Source: Stegostoma tigrinum
Taxonomy: Eukaryota
Assembly: GCF_030684315.1 (NCBI RefSeq)
Contig: NC_081369.1
Coordinates: forward strand, 28,045,754-28,109,753
Length of the DNA: 64,000 nt
Reading direction: 5' to 3'
The notes under the pieces are model-generated. The model was not told the DNA's origin. It worked only from the letters and a program-made list of their open reading frames with translations, and searched no databases. Shown here in pieces: positions 13,680-25,440 of this stretch; the first letter of the stretch is position 1, and each line of letters begins with the position of its first letter. The translations under genes and the position numbers were made by a program.

Positions 13680-14003
13680 AAATTCATTCATGGAACACAG
13701 TCAACACTGGGCAGTCTAGTATTGTTGTCCATTCCCAATGTGCCCAGAGGGCAGCTGAGGGTCAACCACATTGCTGTGGGTCTAGAGTCACACACATAGG
13801 CCCAGCTGGGCCGAGACAGCAGTTCCCTTCCCCAAAAGGACATGAATGAACCACATAGGTTTTTCTGACAATTGACAATGGTTTCATGGTCATCACTGGT
13901 CACATAGCCCCAAATTTTGTTTTTACTGAATTGAAATCTAGGTCCCCAGAGCATTACCTGGGTCTCTCAGATTAATAGTCTAGTGGTAACACCATGAGGC
14001 TCC
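13680..14003 (-). mobile_element. tRNA-derived SINE with L2/CR1-like tail
   Basis: Minus head ggtgttaccactagactattaatctgagagacccaggtaatgctctggggacc; 3' end resembles the LINE tail at 4285-4355. Confidence 0.6.
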
Positions 14004-14469
14004 TCTTTCCACATTATACTCTACATAACGGGTAATTTATCCAAACTCAGTCTTCCACTAAACTTTTCTTGAACTTTCTTTGGCAGCCTGTCAACACATC
14101 AAATCGTTACAGAGTTGTCACTCAGCTAACTCAGAACACATGCCCGCAGGTTCTCTTTGAACGTGTATGAGTCTTTCAAAATCTCCATCAAACTCACTTG
14201 CTACCATCTACCTCATCTACATTAATGGGTACTCCCTTCACCCTCTGAAACGACACGAAACGTTTTTTAAAAGGTGGTTTTACTCGGTCTGGTGATGCCT
14301 GTTTCCCTTGGAGAGCATGGGGCATAGATTATAGTTTTCATTCATAAACAAAGTAACAGCCTAAGAAGACGCCTAAAACAATCGGGAACAAGTTAGTAGA
14401 TCCACATTAAGCCCAACAAGGGAGCAGCTGGGAAAAACAGAGGCCGGGAGAAACAGATCCGAAATTTAC

Positions 14470-14604
14470 TTTCTCAAGCAAATCCCCGGCCGGCGAGTAA
14501 ACTTCTCCAACCTCCTCCGCCTCCTTCTCCTCTTTGATGTTATTCTGTGGGCCGATTGGAGAAAATTGTGGCCGTGCGAATTTGTTGGTTCTCTTCTTAC
14601 CCAT
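14470..14604 (-). CDS. HEATR3: HEATR3 coding exon 1 (start codon)
   Basis: 135 nt; MGKKRTNKFARPQFSPIGPQNNIKEEKEAEEVGEVYSPAGDLLEK; Kozak-like cacggcATGG; donor GTAAAT; matches recalled N-terminus MGKSRTKRFKRPQFSP. Confidence 0.95.
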
Positions 14605-14750
14605 GCCGTGGCTGTCTGTGCTGAGCCGGGCTCAGGCACCACAACGTGGGACAGCGCGCACACATACACCCGCACACCGAGTCTGGACCGGCAGCAGCGT
14701 GAACGTCACGACCGGGGAGGAGACAGCGTGCATGCGGGCAGGAGCTCCTG
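14605..14750 (-). promoter_or_regulatory. HEATR3 5'UTR / CpG-rich proximal promoter
   Basis: Local CpG enrichment; CRE-like CGTCA at ~14704 and NRF1-like GCGTGCATGCGG at 14726-14737. Confidence 0.5.
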
Positions 14751-14751
14751 T

Positions 14752-15440
14752 AGGTTTCAGCGTTAACCCTGCCAGTGCCACTGGGGCTAGAGTTAACCCC
14801 AGCATTATCACTGGGGCTAGAAATAACCCTAACCCTGCTGTGGGCTTTAGAGTTACCCGTAATATTATCATTGGGGCTAGGGTTAACCCTAAAGCTGCTG
14901 CGGGCTTTAGAGTTAACCGCAATATTATCATTGGGGCTAGGGTTAACCCTAACGCTGCTGTGGATCTTAAAGTTAACCCAATATTACTGTTTGTTATGGA
15001 ATTAATCCTGATGTTGCTGTCAGTCTTAGAGTTTACCCCACACTGCCATTGATGCCGGAGTTAATGCTTACACTGCTCTGGCTCTTAAGAGTTAATGCTA
15101 ACACTGCTGTGGGTGTTACAGTTAACCCTAATATTGTCATTGCTGCAAGAGTTAACCATAACATTACTGATGGTGCTTGCGTTAATCGTAGCATTGCTGT
15201 TAGTGCTGGAGATAACCTTAATGCAGCTGTGAGTCTTAGAGTTAACCCTAATGTTGCTGTGGATCTTAAAGTTAAACCTAATGTTGCTGTTGATGCTAGA
15301 GTTAACCCTAATACTAGCCTTAATCTTAAGACTGCTATTGGTACTCACATTAACCGTAGCATTGCTGTTGGTGCTAGTGTTAGCTCTAACATTGCCATTG
15401 GTGCAGGTGTTTGCCCTAATGTTGCTGTTTGTATTAGCCC
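14752..15440. repeat. 30-bp-unit (60-bp higher-order) minisatellite with GTTAAC core
   Basis: GTTAAC or a variant recurs every ~30 nt (14762, 14792, 14852, 14882, 14912, 14942, 14972 ... 15091, 15121, 15151, 15181, 15241, 15271, 15301); about 22-23 units, decaying rightwards. Confidence 0.9.
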
Positions 15441-15947
15441 TCATGCTGTACAGCAGAGAGTTATCACCAAGTGTGTACTTTCTGTAACTGGAGGCAAAAA
15501 GACCAACACTTACATTGTTTGTGCAGCAAGAGGGAGAAATATGTTTGTCAAAATGGTTTAAATGACTCAGATGTGATGTTACAGCCAGAATGTTTGCAAC
15601 GCAGAATCAAATGATCCCATTAAAACCCTCTATAATTATGAGCAGAGGCAGCTAAATTTTTATTTGCATTTCATATCACATTTCAGTGTCAATGTAGAAG
15701 AGCTGTATCGGGAGCAGGAGTAGGCCAGTTGGCCTGTGGGGTTTCTGTGCCCTTTACTAAGATCGTGGCTGATCTGATTTCAGAATCAGCTCCACATTCC
15801 TGTCTATCCCACCACTCCCATACCCTTTCACTCATTTCTAGCCACAAATCTAACCACCCAAATCCTTAGAACTATTCAATGATCCTGTTTATCATCATCA
15901 TTATTATTTATGGAATGTGAGTTTCTCTAGCTGGGTTAGCAGACTAT

Positions 15948-16045
15948 TTTCTGAAGAAGAGTTTAGGCCTGAAATATCAGCTTTCCTGCTCCTCTGATGC
16001 TGCTTGGCCTGCTGTGTTCATCCAACTCTACACCTTGTTATCTCT
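15948..16045. mobile_element. Short Penelope-derived element with hammerhead-like core
   Basis: CTGAAGA(15951)...GAAA(15971) followed by tttcctgctcctctgatgctgcttggcctgctgtgttcatcc; reverse complement of the 31073 family. Confidence 0.6.
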
Positions 16046-16355
16046 TATGCCCTTTGCTTGTTGCCCTTGAGAGAGTGATGGTGAGCTGCCTTTTTAAACT
16101 TTTGCAATCCATTTTCCCACCACTGCCTGGGGAAGAGAAAATGATTCCAACACAGGAGGCAGTGGGCACCTTGTGTCTAGGCTGTGCTAGCTTGCTGAAG
16201 TAGCAAGTAAACTACTGCTTCTCCCTGTAGCCAGCACATTTTTAGGACTCTTGGGTAGTGTCACAGTTGGATAAAAAATTATATTCCAGGAATAAAGCAG
16301 CAAAGTAAGTTTGGATAAATTAAAGTTGGGAATCTAACCAAGGTGGAGTTTGCAA

Positions 16356-16660
16356 ATCATAGAATCCCTACAGTGTGGATGCAGGCCCTTTGGCTCAACA
16401 GGGTCCACACTGACCATCATAGCTTCCCACCCAGACCCATCCCCTATAACCCACCTAATTTACACATCCCTTAACACTACGGGTAATTCAGCTTGGCTAA
16501 TCCACCTAGCCTACACATCTTTGGACTGTGGGAGGAAACCGGAGCACCCAGAGGAAACCCACACAGACATGGGGAGAATGTGCAAATTCCACACAGACAG
16601 TCGCCTAAGGCTGGAATTGAACCCGGGTCCCTGGTGCTGTGAGCTGCAGTGCTAACCACT
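16356..16660 (-). mobile_element. HE1-type V-SINE
   Basis: Same head, V-domain and tail as 8981-9296. Confidence 0.85.
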
Positions 16661-17119
16661 TAACTGAACATTATAGACAGTCAGGGAGGTAAATAATGTT
16701 ATAGGAGGAATTTCACACTGTAGGGATTCTATGATCTTCTATGATAGTCCACTGATCTGTTTTCAATACACATTTTATGATGAAGGCGACAATACACAAA
16801 TAATTTAAATCTCCATTAATTCATTTCTTGAATTTGCTAATCTCCTTTCTTCCCTTCATATCTCCCTCCATATAAACAAGCTAAACTACACTCACAACCA
16901 TTCACTTGCCATCACAGGCGATATTGCTTCCTCTGCATCAATCACAGATAAACCAACATCTGCACTACCTTGTATCATGCTCCACCCACATTCCCTCTTT
17001 CCCCTTTGAGGGTTGATTACTTTTGTATATATCCCTGGGAAAAAAACTGTTTCTTAATTCATTCACAACTGTATTTCAAAATTTCTGCTGTCCAGCTTTC
17101 TGCCCTTCTTCAGTCATAT

Positions 17120-17365
17120 AATTTCTGCAGCTACACCAACTCAGGCTGGTCAGAAATCCAGTTTTGCTCTGGACAGTGCAACAACACTCAAGAAGCTCAA
17201 CAGCAAAGCAGCCTGCTTGGTTGGCATCCCCTCTCAACACTTGCAACATTCACCCACTTCACCAACTCACAGAGGTGGCAGTGTGTACCATCTACAAAAT
17301 GCACTGCAGCAACTCCACAACTTTTCTGAAGTACCTTCCAAACCCACCATCTCTACTACCTGCAA
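17120..17365 (+). mobile_element. L2/CR1-type LINE 3' fragment
   Basis: Similar to 3960-4120 (caacaacactcaagaagct...gtgtgtaccatctacaa.atgcactgcagcaactc). Confidence 0.6.
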
Positions 17366-17455
17366 GAATAATGGTATTGAATAAATGTATTGACTTATCA
17401 CCACCTGACATTAACCCTTATGACAGAGTCTAGGACTCAATGGGATAGTGTCAGA

Positions 17456-17757
17456 ATCATAGAATCCCTACAGTGTGGGAACAGGCCCTTTGGCCTAATA
17501 AGTCCACACTGAACCTCAGAGCATCCCACCCAGACCCATCTCCCTATAACCCACCTAATCTATACACCGCCCTGAACACTACAGGCAATTTAGCATGGCC
17601 AATCCACCTAACCCACACATCTTTGGCATGTGGAAACCCACACGTACAGAGGGAGAACGTGCAAACTCCACACAGACAGTGGCCCGAGGCTGGAATCAAA
17701 CCCGGGTCCTTGGTGCTATAAGGCAGCAGTGCTAACCACTGTGCCACTGTGCCACCC
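17456..17757 (-). mobile_element. HE1-type V-SINE
   Basis: Third copy, with a small internal deletion in the V-domain. Confidence 0.85.
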
Positions 17758-18794
17758 CATAATAAAGTGTGCCAATTTAAGACTGAGTTAAAGACAAATT
17801 TATTCTCAGAGGGTTGTGAATCTTTGGAACTCCTTGCAACAGAGAGCTCTGGGGGGTACACGCCTTGCGTTTCTTTAAGGCTGAGAAAGACAGATTCTTA
17901 ATCAGTAGCGGAATCGGGGGTTATGGGGAAAGGGCAGAAAAGTGTACGTGAAGATCAGTTATGATCCTATTGAATGGCAGATCAGACCCGAGGGGCTGAA
18001 TGATCTACTCCTATTACGATGGTCTTAAATCATAATTGAGATGTTTCTTTAAATCAGCAGCATTGCCTCAAAATGATAAAGCGACTGCTGCTGAACTTTA
18101 TTTTGTCTATTCTGTTTACATTTCATCGTTTATTTTGTTGTGAGGTACCTCTAGTCTTTTTGAAGTATGGAGAGTGTTGTAAATGTTGATAAAGATATTG
18201 ACAGTGATTCTTTTGTGATGAGAGACCTGAAATGTAGGTAATTAAAGGCAAATACACTGAGTGAGAATGTCCTGGCATCAAAATTAATACAGAATCAGTT
18301 TGATTACATTGAAGCAGATTAGACTTTTCTCTGTGTACCATAAATAAGGTGGAACAAAGTATATCCTCTGAGTGTTGAGAAATTTCAATTTCGAGAAGGA
18401 GTTGCATGATTTACCAGTGGATTTCTATGATAGCTCAGAAACCTTGGAAGCAATCAAGGCAGAAGTATTACTCAGGCCTTCAATCTGAGCTCAGAGAGTC
18501 TTCCCACATATTCAGCTCACACATGTAAATTACAGAAAGAACAAGTGTTTACCAAAAACTGAAAGGTGCTTAAACAGTCATGTTGAAGTAATTATTTGGC
18601 CCATATGTTGCACAATGCATATCGGTATACAGTGTTGGAAATCAAGCTGTTAAGGCAGAAAACATCATTCTTATGGTATATGCCCATTTTAGTATTTCTG
18701 TAAGAGAGCAGAGCAATTGAAATTTGCATGCCGAACAGTGGACGCAGTATGCAGTAGGTAGAGTTAAGGATTCTCACAGCCATTGAATCTACTG

Positions 18795-19040
18795 TCTAAC
18801 CATAGCCAGAATGGCGGTGGACAATTAAACAACTAACCAGAGAAGGAGAAGGAGGCTTCATGAATGTTCTAGTGGTCATTGATGGGACAGCCTAATGCAT
18901 CAGTGCAAAAGACAGGGTTGAAGCATTTGCAATACTTTTCAACCAGAAATAGGAAGTGAATGATCTATGTCAGTCTCTTCCAAAGTCTGCAGTATCACAG
19001 ATACTAGTTTTCACGTAATACAACTCAGTGTATGTGATAT
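18795..19040 (+). mobile_element. L2/CR1-type LINE ORF2 fragment, left part of a split element
   Basis: 'EWRWTIKQL...SAKDRVEAFA'-like text that resumes at ~21229. Confidence 0.55.
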
Positions 19041-21085
19041 TACATCTCGGTAAGCTGACTAAGACTCTCAAGTCTTTTCAGAAGAATAAAACACCCAAAA
19101 TAACAATTTACCAGCTTGAGTTGTATTCAGCTCTGTGTGACTTGATTGGCCAGGGCCTGCTAAAGGTGTTTGGGAGTATGATTCTGTTAGGTCGCATGCG
19201 CAAATCCATGATGAAAGGCATCATCACCTTCACCTACAAGTCAAAGGGGAGAGAGAGGAAATTAGAAATTGATGACTGATCTCACTGCTGAATGCAGACT
19301 ACAAAATCCTGTCTACAGTCATCACCAACTGAGTCAGGTCTGCTCTTGGTTTTGTGATTCACCCCGACCAAACCTGTGGTTGATATCTGACAGCCTCATG
19401 TTCCTTAGGGATATGATCGCCTCTGTGCAGGACAGGGGGGTGGGTATCTGCCTCATCAGCCTGGACCAGGAGAAGGCCTCTGACAAGATGTTGCACACGT
19501 ACATGTGGGACATGTTCTCCAAAATGGGCTCTGGGGAGGAAATCCACAACTGGATCTGACTGGTGTACACCAACATCAGTAGTGCAGTGTCAATCAATGT
19601 GTGGGAATCAGAAAACCTCCCAAATAGATTTGGAGTCAGGTAGGGTTGCCCACTCCCTGCTTTCTTGTTTTTATGCAATATAGAACACTTTGCAGAGTCC
19701 ATCAGTAAGGATGTGAACCTGAGAGGGGTGACTATTCCAGGCAATGGAGGCCTGCAGGTCAAAGCCTCCCTCTACATGGATGTTGTTGCCATTTCTGCTT
19801 AGATCTGCTGTCAGTGCACACACTCATGAGAACTGTAGTCCATTTGAACTGACATTGCGAGCCAAGCTAAATTGAGGCAAGAGCAAGGCTATGGTCTTTG
19901 GAAACTGGGTGCACGATTGTTTATTCCCTTCACCATCAGGACAGGTTATCTGAAGGTGCTTGGAATTTGGCTCTGACGGACTGATGTATATTTTAGGCAA
20001 AAACTTGGCAGGAGCATATCACCAAGATGAGGCAGAAACTGGGCAAATGGAGACACTGCTCCCTCATCCTTTTGTTGGCTGCATCAAGCTGTGCTAGACA
20101 TTGGGTACACCAAGTGTGATGATGGTACTGAGGTTCTACCTGTCCCCAGTATTGTGGAGGATGGGTCAGAATGCTCCAAGTTGTTGGGCGATTCCATATC
20201 CCGAGTACCTTGTGGAAACATTTGCTGCTGAAAACATTTTTGACCTCAACTCCATCAGGAAGTGGTCAGCACGTAGTGTCTTTGAGACCCTGCGGGGAAA
20301 GGAGAGGGTGGATCCTGTCATGTGATTCCCTGAGCACACTGTTATTGATGTTTGGCAGAATGCCTCATCACCAGAACTTTCCAACAAGGACCAAGGTGTA
20401 ACTTGGCTGGTAATGAGAAGGGCACTGCCTGTCAGATCCTTCATGCACAACTGGTCTTATTGCACCACTGCAAACTGTCCTTGAAGTGGCTGCACTATTA
20501 ATGAGACTGTCACATATCTCCTTCATGAATGCACCATTGCAAAGAAGGCTTGGAGAAAGATGGAATGGTTTTTGTCAAGGTTTGTGCAGAGCAGCTCTGA
20601 GATGCAAGTCTCTGTGCTCTACGGGCTATTCTTCCAGCTGCACACAGGAACAACCATTGACTGCACCTGGAAGACAGTCAAGTAAGTGAAAGACGCTTTT
20701 TGGACTACATGAAACTTTGAACTGTTGTAAAGAGCTGACCTTAACAGAGAGTTGCCGACTGGCACATTCCAAGGTCCAAGGCTACGTACTGAGGGACAAA
20801 GTAAAGCTTGGGTAGCTGTTGCCAAGGTGTAGTAGGGGAAAACCTCTGTCTAAAATCTTTGTGCTGAAGTTTAATGTAGGTCTATTAACACCCAAGACCA
20901 CCTTGATTTCTTTAAAGTGAGATACCTCGGTTCCTTTCCTGATTAGAAAATTCTCTTTGGTTGCAACTGCATTGAAGCTATAACAAGGAAAGTCAAAATT
21001 CCATTGTATTCACTGAAAAGTCTGTATAACCTGAGTTGTACTTACTTTTTTACTGATAGATAATTTATAAATAAAGTACATTAAA
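19040..21085 (+). mobile_element. Tx1/L1-clade LINE ORF2 remnant (RT plus zinc finger plus 3'UTR)
   Basis: Motifs 'LISLDQEKASD', 'GVR*GCPLP', 'LYMDVV' (YMDD-like), C-terminal 'CP*SGC...ETVTY...EC'; AATAAA at ~21070; multiple stops and frameshifts. Confidence 0.8.
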
Positions 21086-21109
21086 AGTAGCTTAGAGTAA
21101 ATTAAAAAC

Positions 21110-21235
21110 AAAAAGAACAGTGGATGCTAGAAATCAGAAAAACAGAAATTGCTGTAATAACTCAGCAGGTCTGGCATCACCTGTGGAGAGAAAATAGTTA
21201 ACGTTTTGGAGTTTTCAGTGACCTTTCTTCAGGAA
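21110..21235. mobile_element. Short Penelope-derived element
   Basis: aacagaaattgctgtaataactcagcaggtctggcatcacctgtggagagaaaatagttaacgtttt...cctttcttcag (minus-strand CTGAAGA core). Confidence 0.6.
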
Positions 21236-21530
21236 TAGCCGAAGGTACCAGATACTACAAATGCTATGGGCCCTGACAACATTCTGGTTGTCGTATTGAG
21301 GACCAGTGCTCTGGCACCATCCACACCCTGAGCCTTTTCAGTACAGCTACAACACTGGATTTACTTGACGATGTTTAAAGAAGTGTCCAGATGTGGCTGA
21401 CACACAAAAAGCAGGATGAATCCAACGCAGCCAATTATCACCCATAAGTCTACTTTCAGTCATCATGAAAGTGATAGAAGGGGTTGTCAATTGCACTACC
21501 AAACAGCACTTAGACAACAATAATATACTC
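21229..21530 (+). mobile_element. L2/CR1-type LINE ORF2 fragment, right part of the split element
   Basis: 'AMGPDNI', 'ANYHPISLLSVIMKVIEGVVN' (RT domain 1-2 type motif). Confidence 0.65.
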
Positions 21531-22559
21531 AGTTGGGTCCTGCCAGTCACCCAGCCCCTTGGAAATGCTGTGTTCTTTGACAAATGTGTGTTCATGAGTA
21601 CAGTCCAAAAGAGATTAACATGGATGTGGTGGACAAAGAATTGGACAATGTGCAAAGTTATATATCCTCCCCTGAAATTTAATGTTGCCAAGACCAGAAA
21701 GAAGAGGTACATTTCAGCAACAGGTTGGAAAGTTAAAAGAACATGAAGAAAATCAACTCCTACACACTCCATATCATGCGGTGGTGCTCTTACAGAAAGT
21801 ATTTTCTTCATCATCACTCCTTGGAGAAACTGGAAGGATAGATTGGAAGCAGACAGCCTGAAAGCAAAACTCCAAATCTGCACTATTTTCTCAGAAGAAT
21901 GCAAAGATATGTATTGATAGACTTCAGCTCTTAGGGAACAAGATGCCACAGAGATAGAGATAGATAAAAGTAGTTAATTGTCCCACTGCTGGTAAATTGG
22001 GCTGAAATTGTTGATGTGGCTGTTGGTCATTAGAGGACATTTATTCATTACCACACTTCGTATAAGTGATCAGTGCAATTTTTAATGGAAATTATTACTT
22101 AAGCTGCATTAATAATAATAATTAATACAATTGTGGCAGTGTTCTCTGCCATGCTCGTTTTTATATCAGTAGGCCTCAAGATCATAGCTATTTTTGTGCG
22201 CGCGCACATGTGGAGATTACTAAGCAAGGGGGGCTATCCAGTATTCTGGATTCCCGGCCTCTGATAGTGGCCGCTGCACACCAACATGATTAATGATACA
22301 TCCATTTTTGATGGAATAATTTCCATTAAAATTAACACTCTCTCTTATCCTATTTCTGCCTTGGTGCAGTGTTTACCTCTGCTCTCCAAGGCACGCAGAA
22401 ATAGTGTGTTACTGGCTCAACCATACACTATCAGTTCTGACTGGTCCCCATAAAGTGCTATGCTGTCCCATTCCTGACTGCAAAAAATAGGCCCAAATAT
22501 TTTCTCCACTGGAAATAGCTTTCTTAATCTGCTCTCTCCTGTCTTCTTCTTTCTAATCT

Positions 22560-23480
22560 CCATGAAGCATGAGGACCTTATGTACTATGTATCAAAAATT
22601 GAGACCACCTAATTCTGTGTCTCTGCTGCTTTTCTCCTGTCCCCCAAGTCCAGAGGGGCAAACTTCCTGCAAAGATTGCCTGCTGTATCTCTGAACTTAT
22701 ATCTTTCACTAGTTTCTGTGTTTTCTGCTCTCAAGCTCTCTGCAATCTCACCTTGTCTTGAGACTTTCCTTCTGCTCACTTTCTCTTATTCTCTTTGCAC
22801 TATTAACCATCTAGTTTCACTCCCTGGCTTCTATGTTATCTGATTCTCTCTCCCTGCGTTGTTGTCTCTTTAATTGGAGCATAATCCTCCCTCATTAAAA
22901 AAACACAAAATTTGAATCCTTTGTCCTTGTAAATTACCTCCCTTTCCTCTCCAAAGTCCTTGACAGTGCTGTTCCCTCTCAGTTCCAGGCCCATCTTTCC
23001 CAGATTGTGTTTGAATCTCTCAGTTTTAGATTCATGCCACTGTACCAAACTGTTAGTAAAATCAAATATGTCATATGTGACTGTGACAATGGTAAACTGT
23101 GGTTCTCATCCTTCTCTGGATTTGATAATTTCAACATTTGCCTTGATGGTTTCCAATGCTCTACCTCCAATGAACTTGAAATCATCCAAAATTCTTGCTG
23201 CTCAAATCCTAATTCACAGCATGCCTCATTACCTATCACCTCTGTGGGAATCCCAAATAAGTAATGCTTCAATTCTAAAATTCTCCTTTTAGTTTTTATC
23301 TCTCTATGGTCTTACCCTTTCTCATCTTTGCAACCTGCACTTGTGTAATTTTGGCCTCTTCAATACCACTGATTTAATTCTTCATAAAGCATTCAGCTGC
23401 TAAACATCACCATCGCCCTGCCTCTCTCAGATCATTGAAGCTATTCCTGCCTCTTTGACAAAGGTTCCAGTTACCTACAT
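22560..23480 (+). mobile_element. Highly decayed L2-like LINE
   Basis: Pyrimidine-rich L2-like text, e.g. ccttgtaaattacctccct...ccaaagtccttga (decayed NYRPIS..LSKVLE). Confidence 0.4.
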
Positions 23481-25434
23481 CTCTGCCTGGCTCAGCGCCA
23501 CATTTTGTTTTATCATGCTGCTGTGAATCTCTCGTTATGTCAAAGCCCTCTGTATGCTTATTTGCAAGGTGACTGACTTGAAACTGTTTCCCTTTCCAAA
23601 GCTCTGGTCAAACCTGCTGAGTGTTTCTATTGGAATGTTTTTATTTCAGGATCAATGATATTTTTATTTTGTACTTAATGTCACTTAAAAATAATATAAG
23701 TATTTAAGTTACATACAAGTTTTTGATTTGGTTGACAATACCAATTTCCTTCAATGTCACTTCACCACGATGTAGTTTTGTCGATCACCTTAATCCTCTC
23801 TCACTTGTCTATTTGCAACCAGATATTCAGCTGCAAAGGCTTTTCCTCTCACTCCTACACCTTCACATCTAACTTCTCTCAAGGATCAATCTGTGGCCTG
23901 CTCTGATTCCTCATCTATGTGCAGTCACGCAGTGAATGCCATCAAAACTGCAGTGCTGGAGTCGTAATTTGTTACACAAAATATTGGGAGGATTTATATC
24001 CTGGTTTTCAGTTCTGACTATAAACAACTCCCACCCAGACTCCATGGCGATTAAGTGTCTGAATTGGATTGTTGGCAACCATGTTTTCATTAGTTGACAA
24101 ATGTGAGGTTCCAACTACATAGGTGTCACTACTAAGACCAGCTACTGCCACCTCTGAAACAGTACCCATTGGGGCTCCTGCTTCTGTAATCTTCATAGAC
24201 TTGCAGATTTGAATATTCCAAAGAACTCCTCGCCAGTGACCCACATTCCACTGTGCAAACTTGACTCAGTCAAAACTCTACTGCATGTGTCCTTATTTAC
24301 AACTCCTGTCACCCAAAGGCACTATGTTTGCTGATCTATATTGGCACCTAGTAAATTCCAAGATGTGGTCTCCCTCACCAGTGGCAGCAACTAGACAATC
24401 CGCTGATCATGCAGTGCAGCACAAGGTTAGCAACAACTGCCACTTTGCTGTGACCTTTGCTTCAATATCCAAAGGAATAAAGTATAAACTTCATATGCAA
24501 CAGTTTGCATTACAAATGAAACAAACGATTGCTTCCTAAAAGTAGATTCAAATAGATTCATAGTGTCCTAAGAATCTATTTTTCTTTTCTAAATTTGTGC
24601 CATACAATCTTGAAATTTGTAATGTTGATTATTTTGTCCTGTTAATACAAACAAACAAGGATGGAAAATGCTCCTACAACTGAGCTGTTAATTTTCAGAG
24701 AACATTCATAGATGGAATGATAAACCAAAACTGCAGGAGGCTCAGCTACTACGAGTGGATTGAAGGGAAGCAGGTGTGCTTTGAAGTCCAGAAGATGAGG
24801 GCACAGGAGGGAATGGAAGTCTCGAAACAGTTTCTGAGGTAGCATAAGATGACCCTGCAAAGAGATGTGAATGGAAGGTTGAGAACATTCATTTAATGCT
24901 TCATAGACAGTATCACTACACTATGAACAAGGGGTGATGGCTGAACTGAAAGAAACAGATGAAGTTTTAACTAAGTTGGCATTTGAAGAGGATAGAAGTC
25001 AACTAACTGGCAAAGGCACTGGTGAAACTCAAAAGATGAGAAATGTTCCTAAATGCATCATTGTATATTTTGAAATCAGTGTGTTGGAAACAGACAACGA
25101 TGTAAAGATGGTAAGACGAAACCAGGGTGAAGAATGGATGAGATCTATTATTTGAAGTTCATCTTCTCAAACGGACTGAGAGTACATACAGCCAAGATGA
25201 ACAGCCAAGGAAAGAGGATGAAGGAGGTGCCAGAGCTTTTATCAATACTTCAAACGATTGCTCTGGTCTTCTTGGTGTCCAACAGGAGTTAATTGTAGTT
25301 CATGCAAAATAGTACTAGCATTTCATCTTAAGTGAAAATCTATTATTGGTTAAGTTTTCTCATGTATTTAACTGGGATTAATTAAAGAAATAAATTGCGT
25401 TATGATCATTGAGCAATCTTTTTCATATAAATCG

Positions 25435-25440
25435 TTTATT
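25435..25440 (-). other. Putative CNEP1R1 polyadenylation signal (AATAAA)
   Basis: tttatt on plus about 960 nt past the stop, TGTA just upstream on the minus strand; AU-rich, repeat-free 3'UTR-like sequence up to 26396. Confidence 0.5.

Noticed and set aside
14752-15440. CRISPR-like array
   Set aside because: Units are contiguous tandem copies without unique spacers, and there are no cas genes
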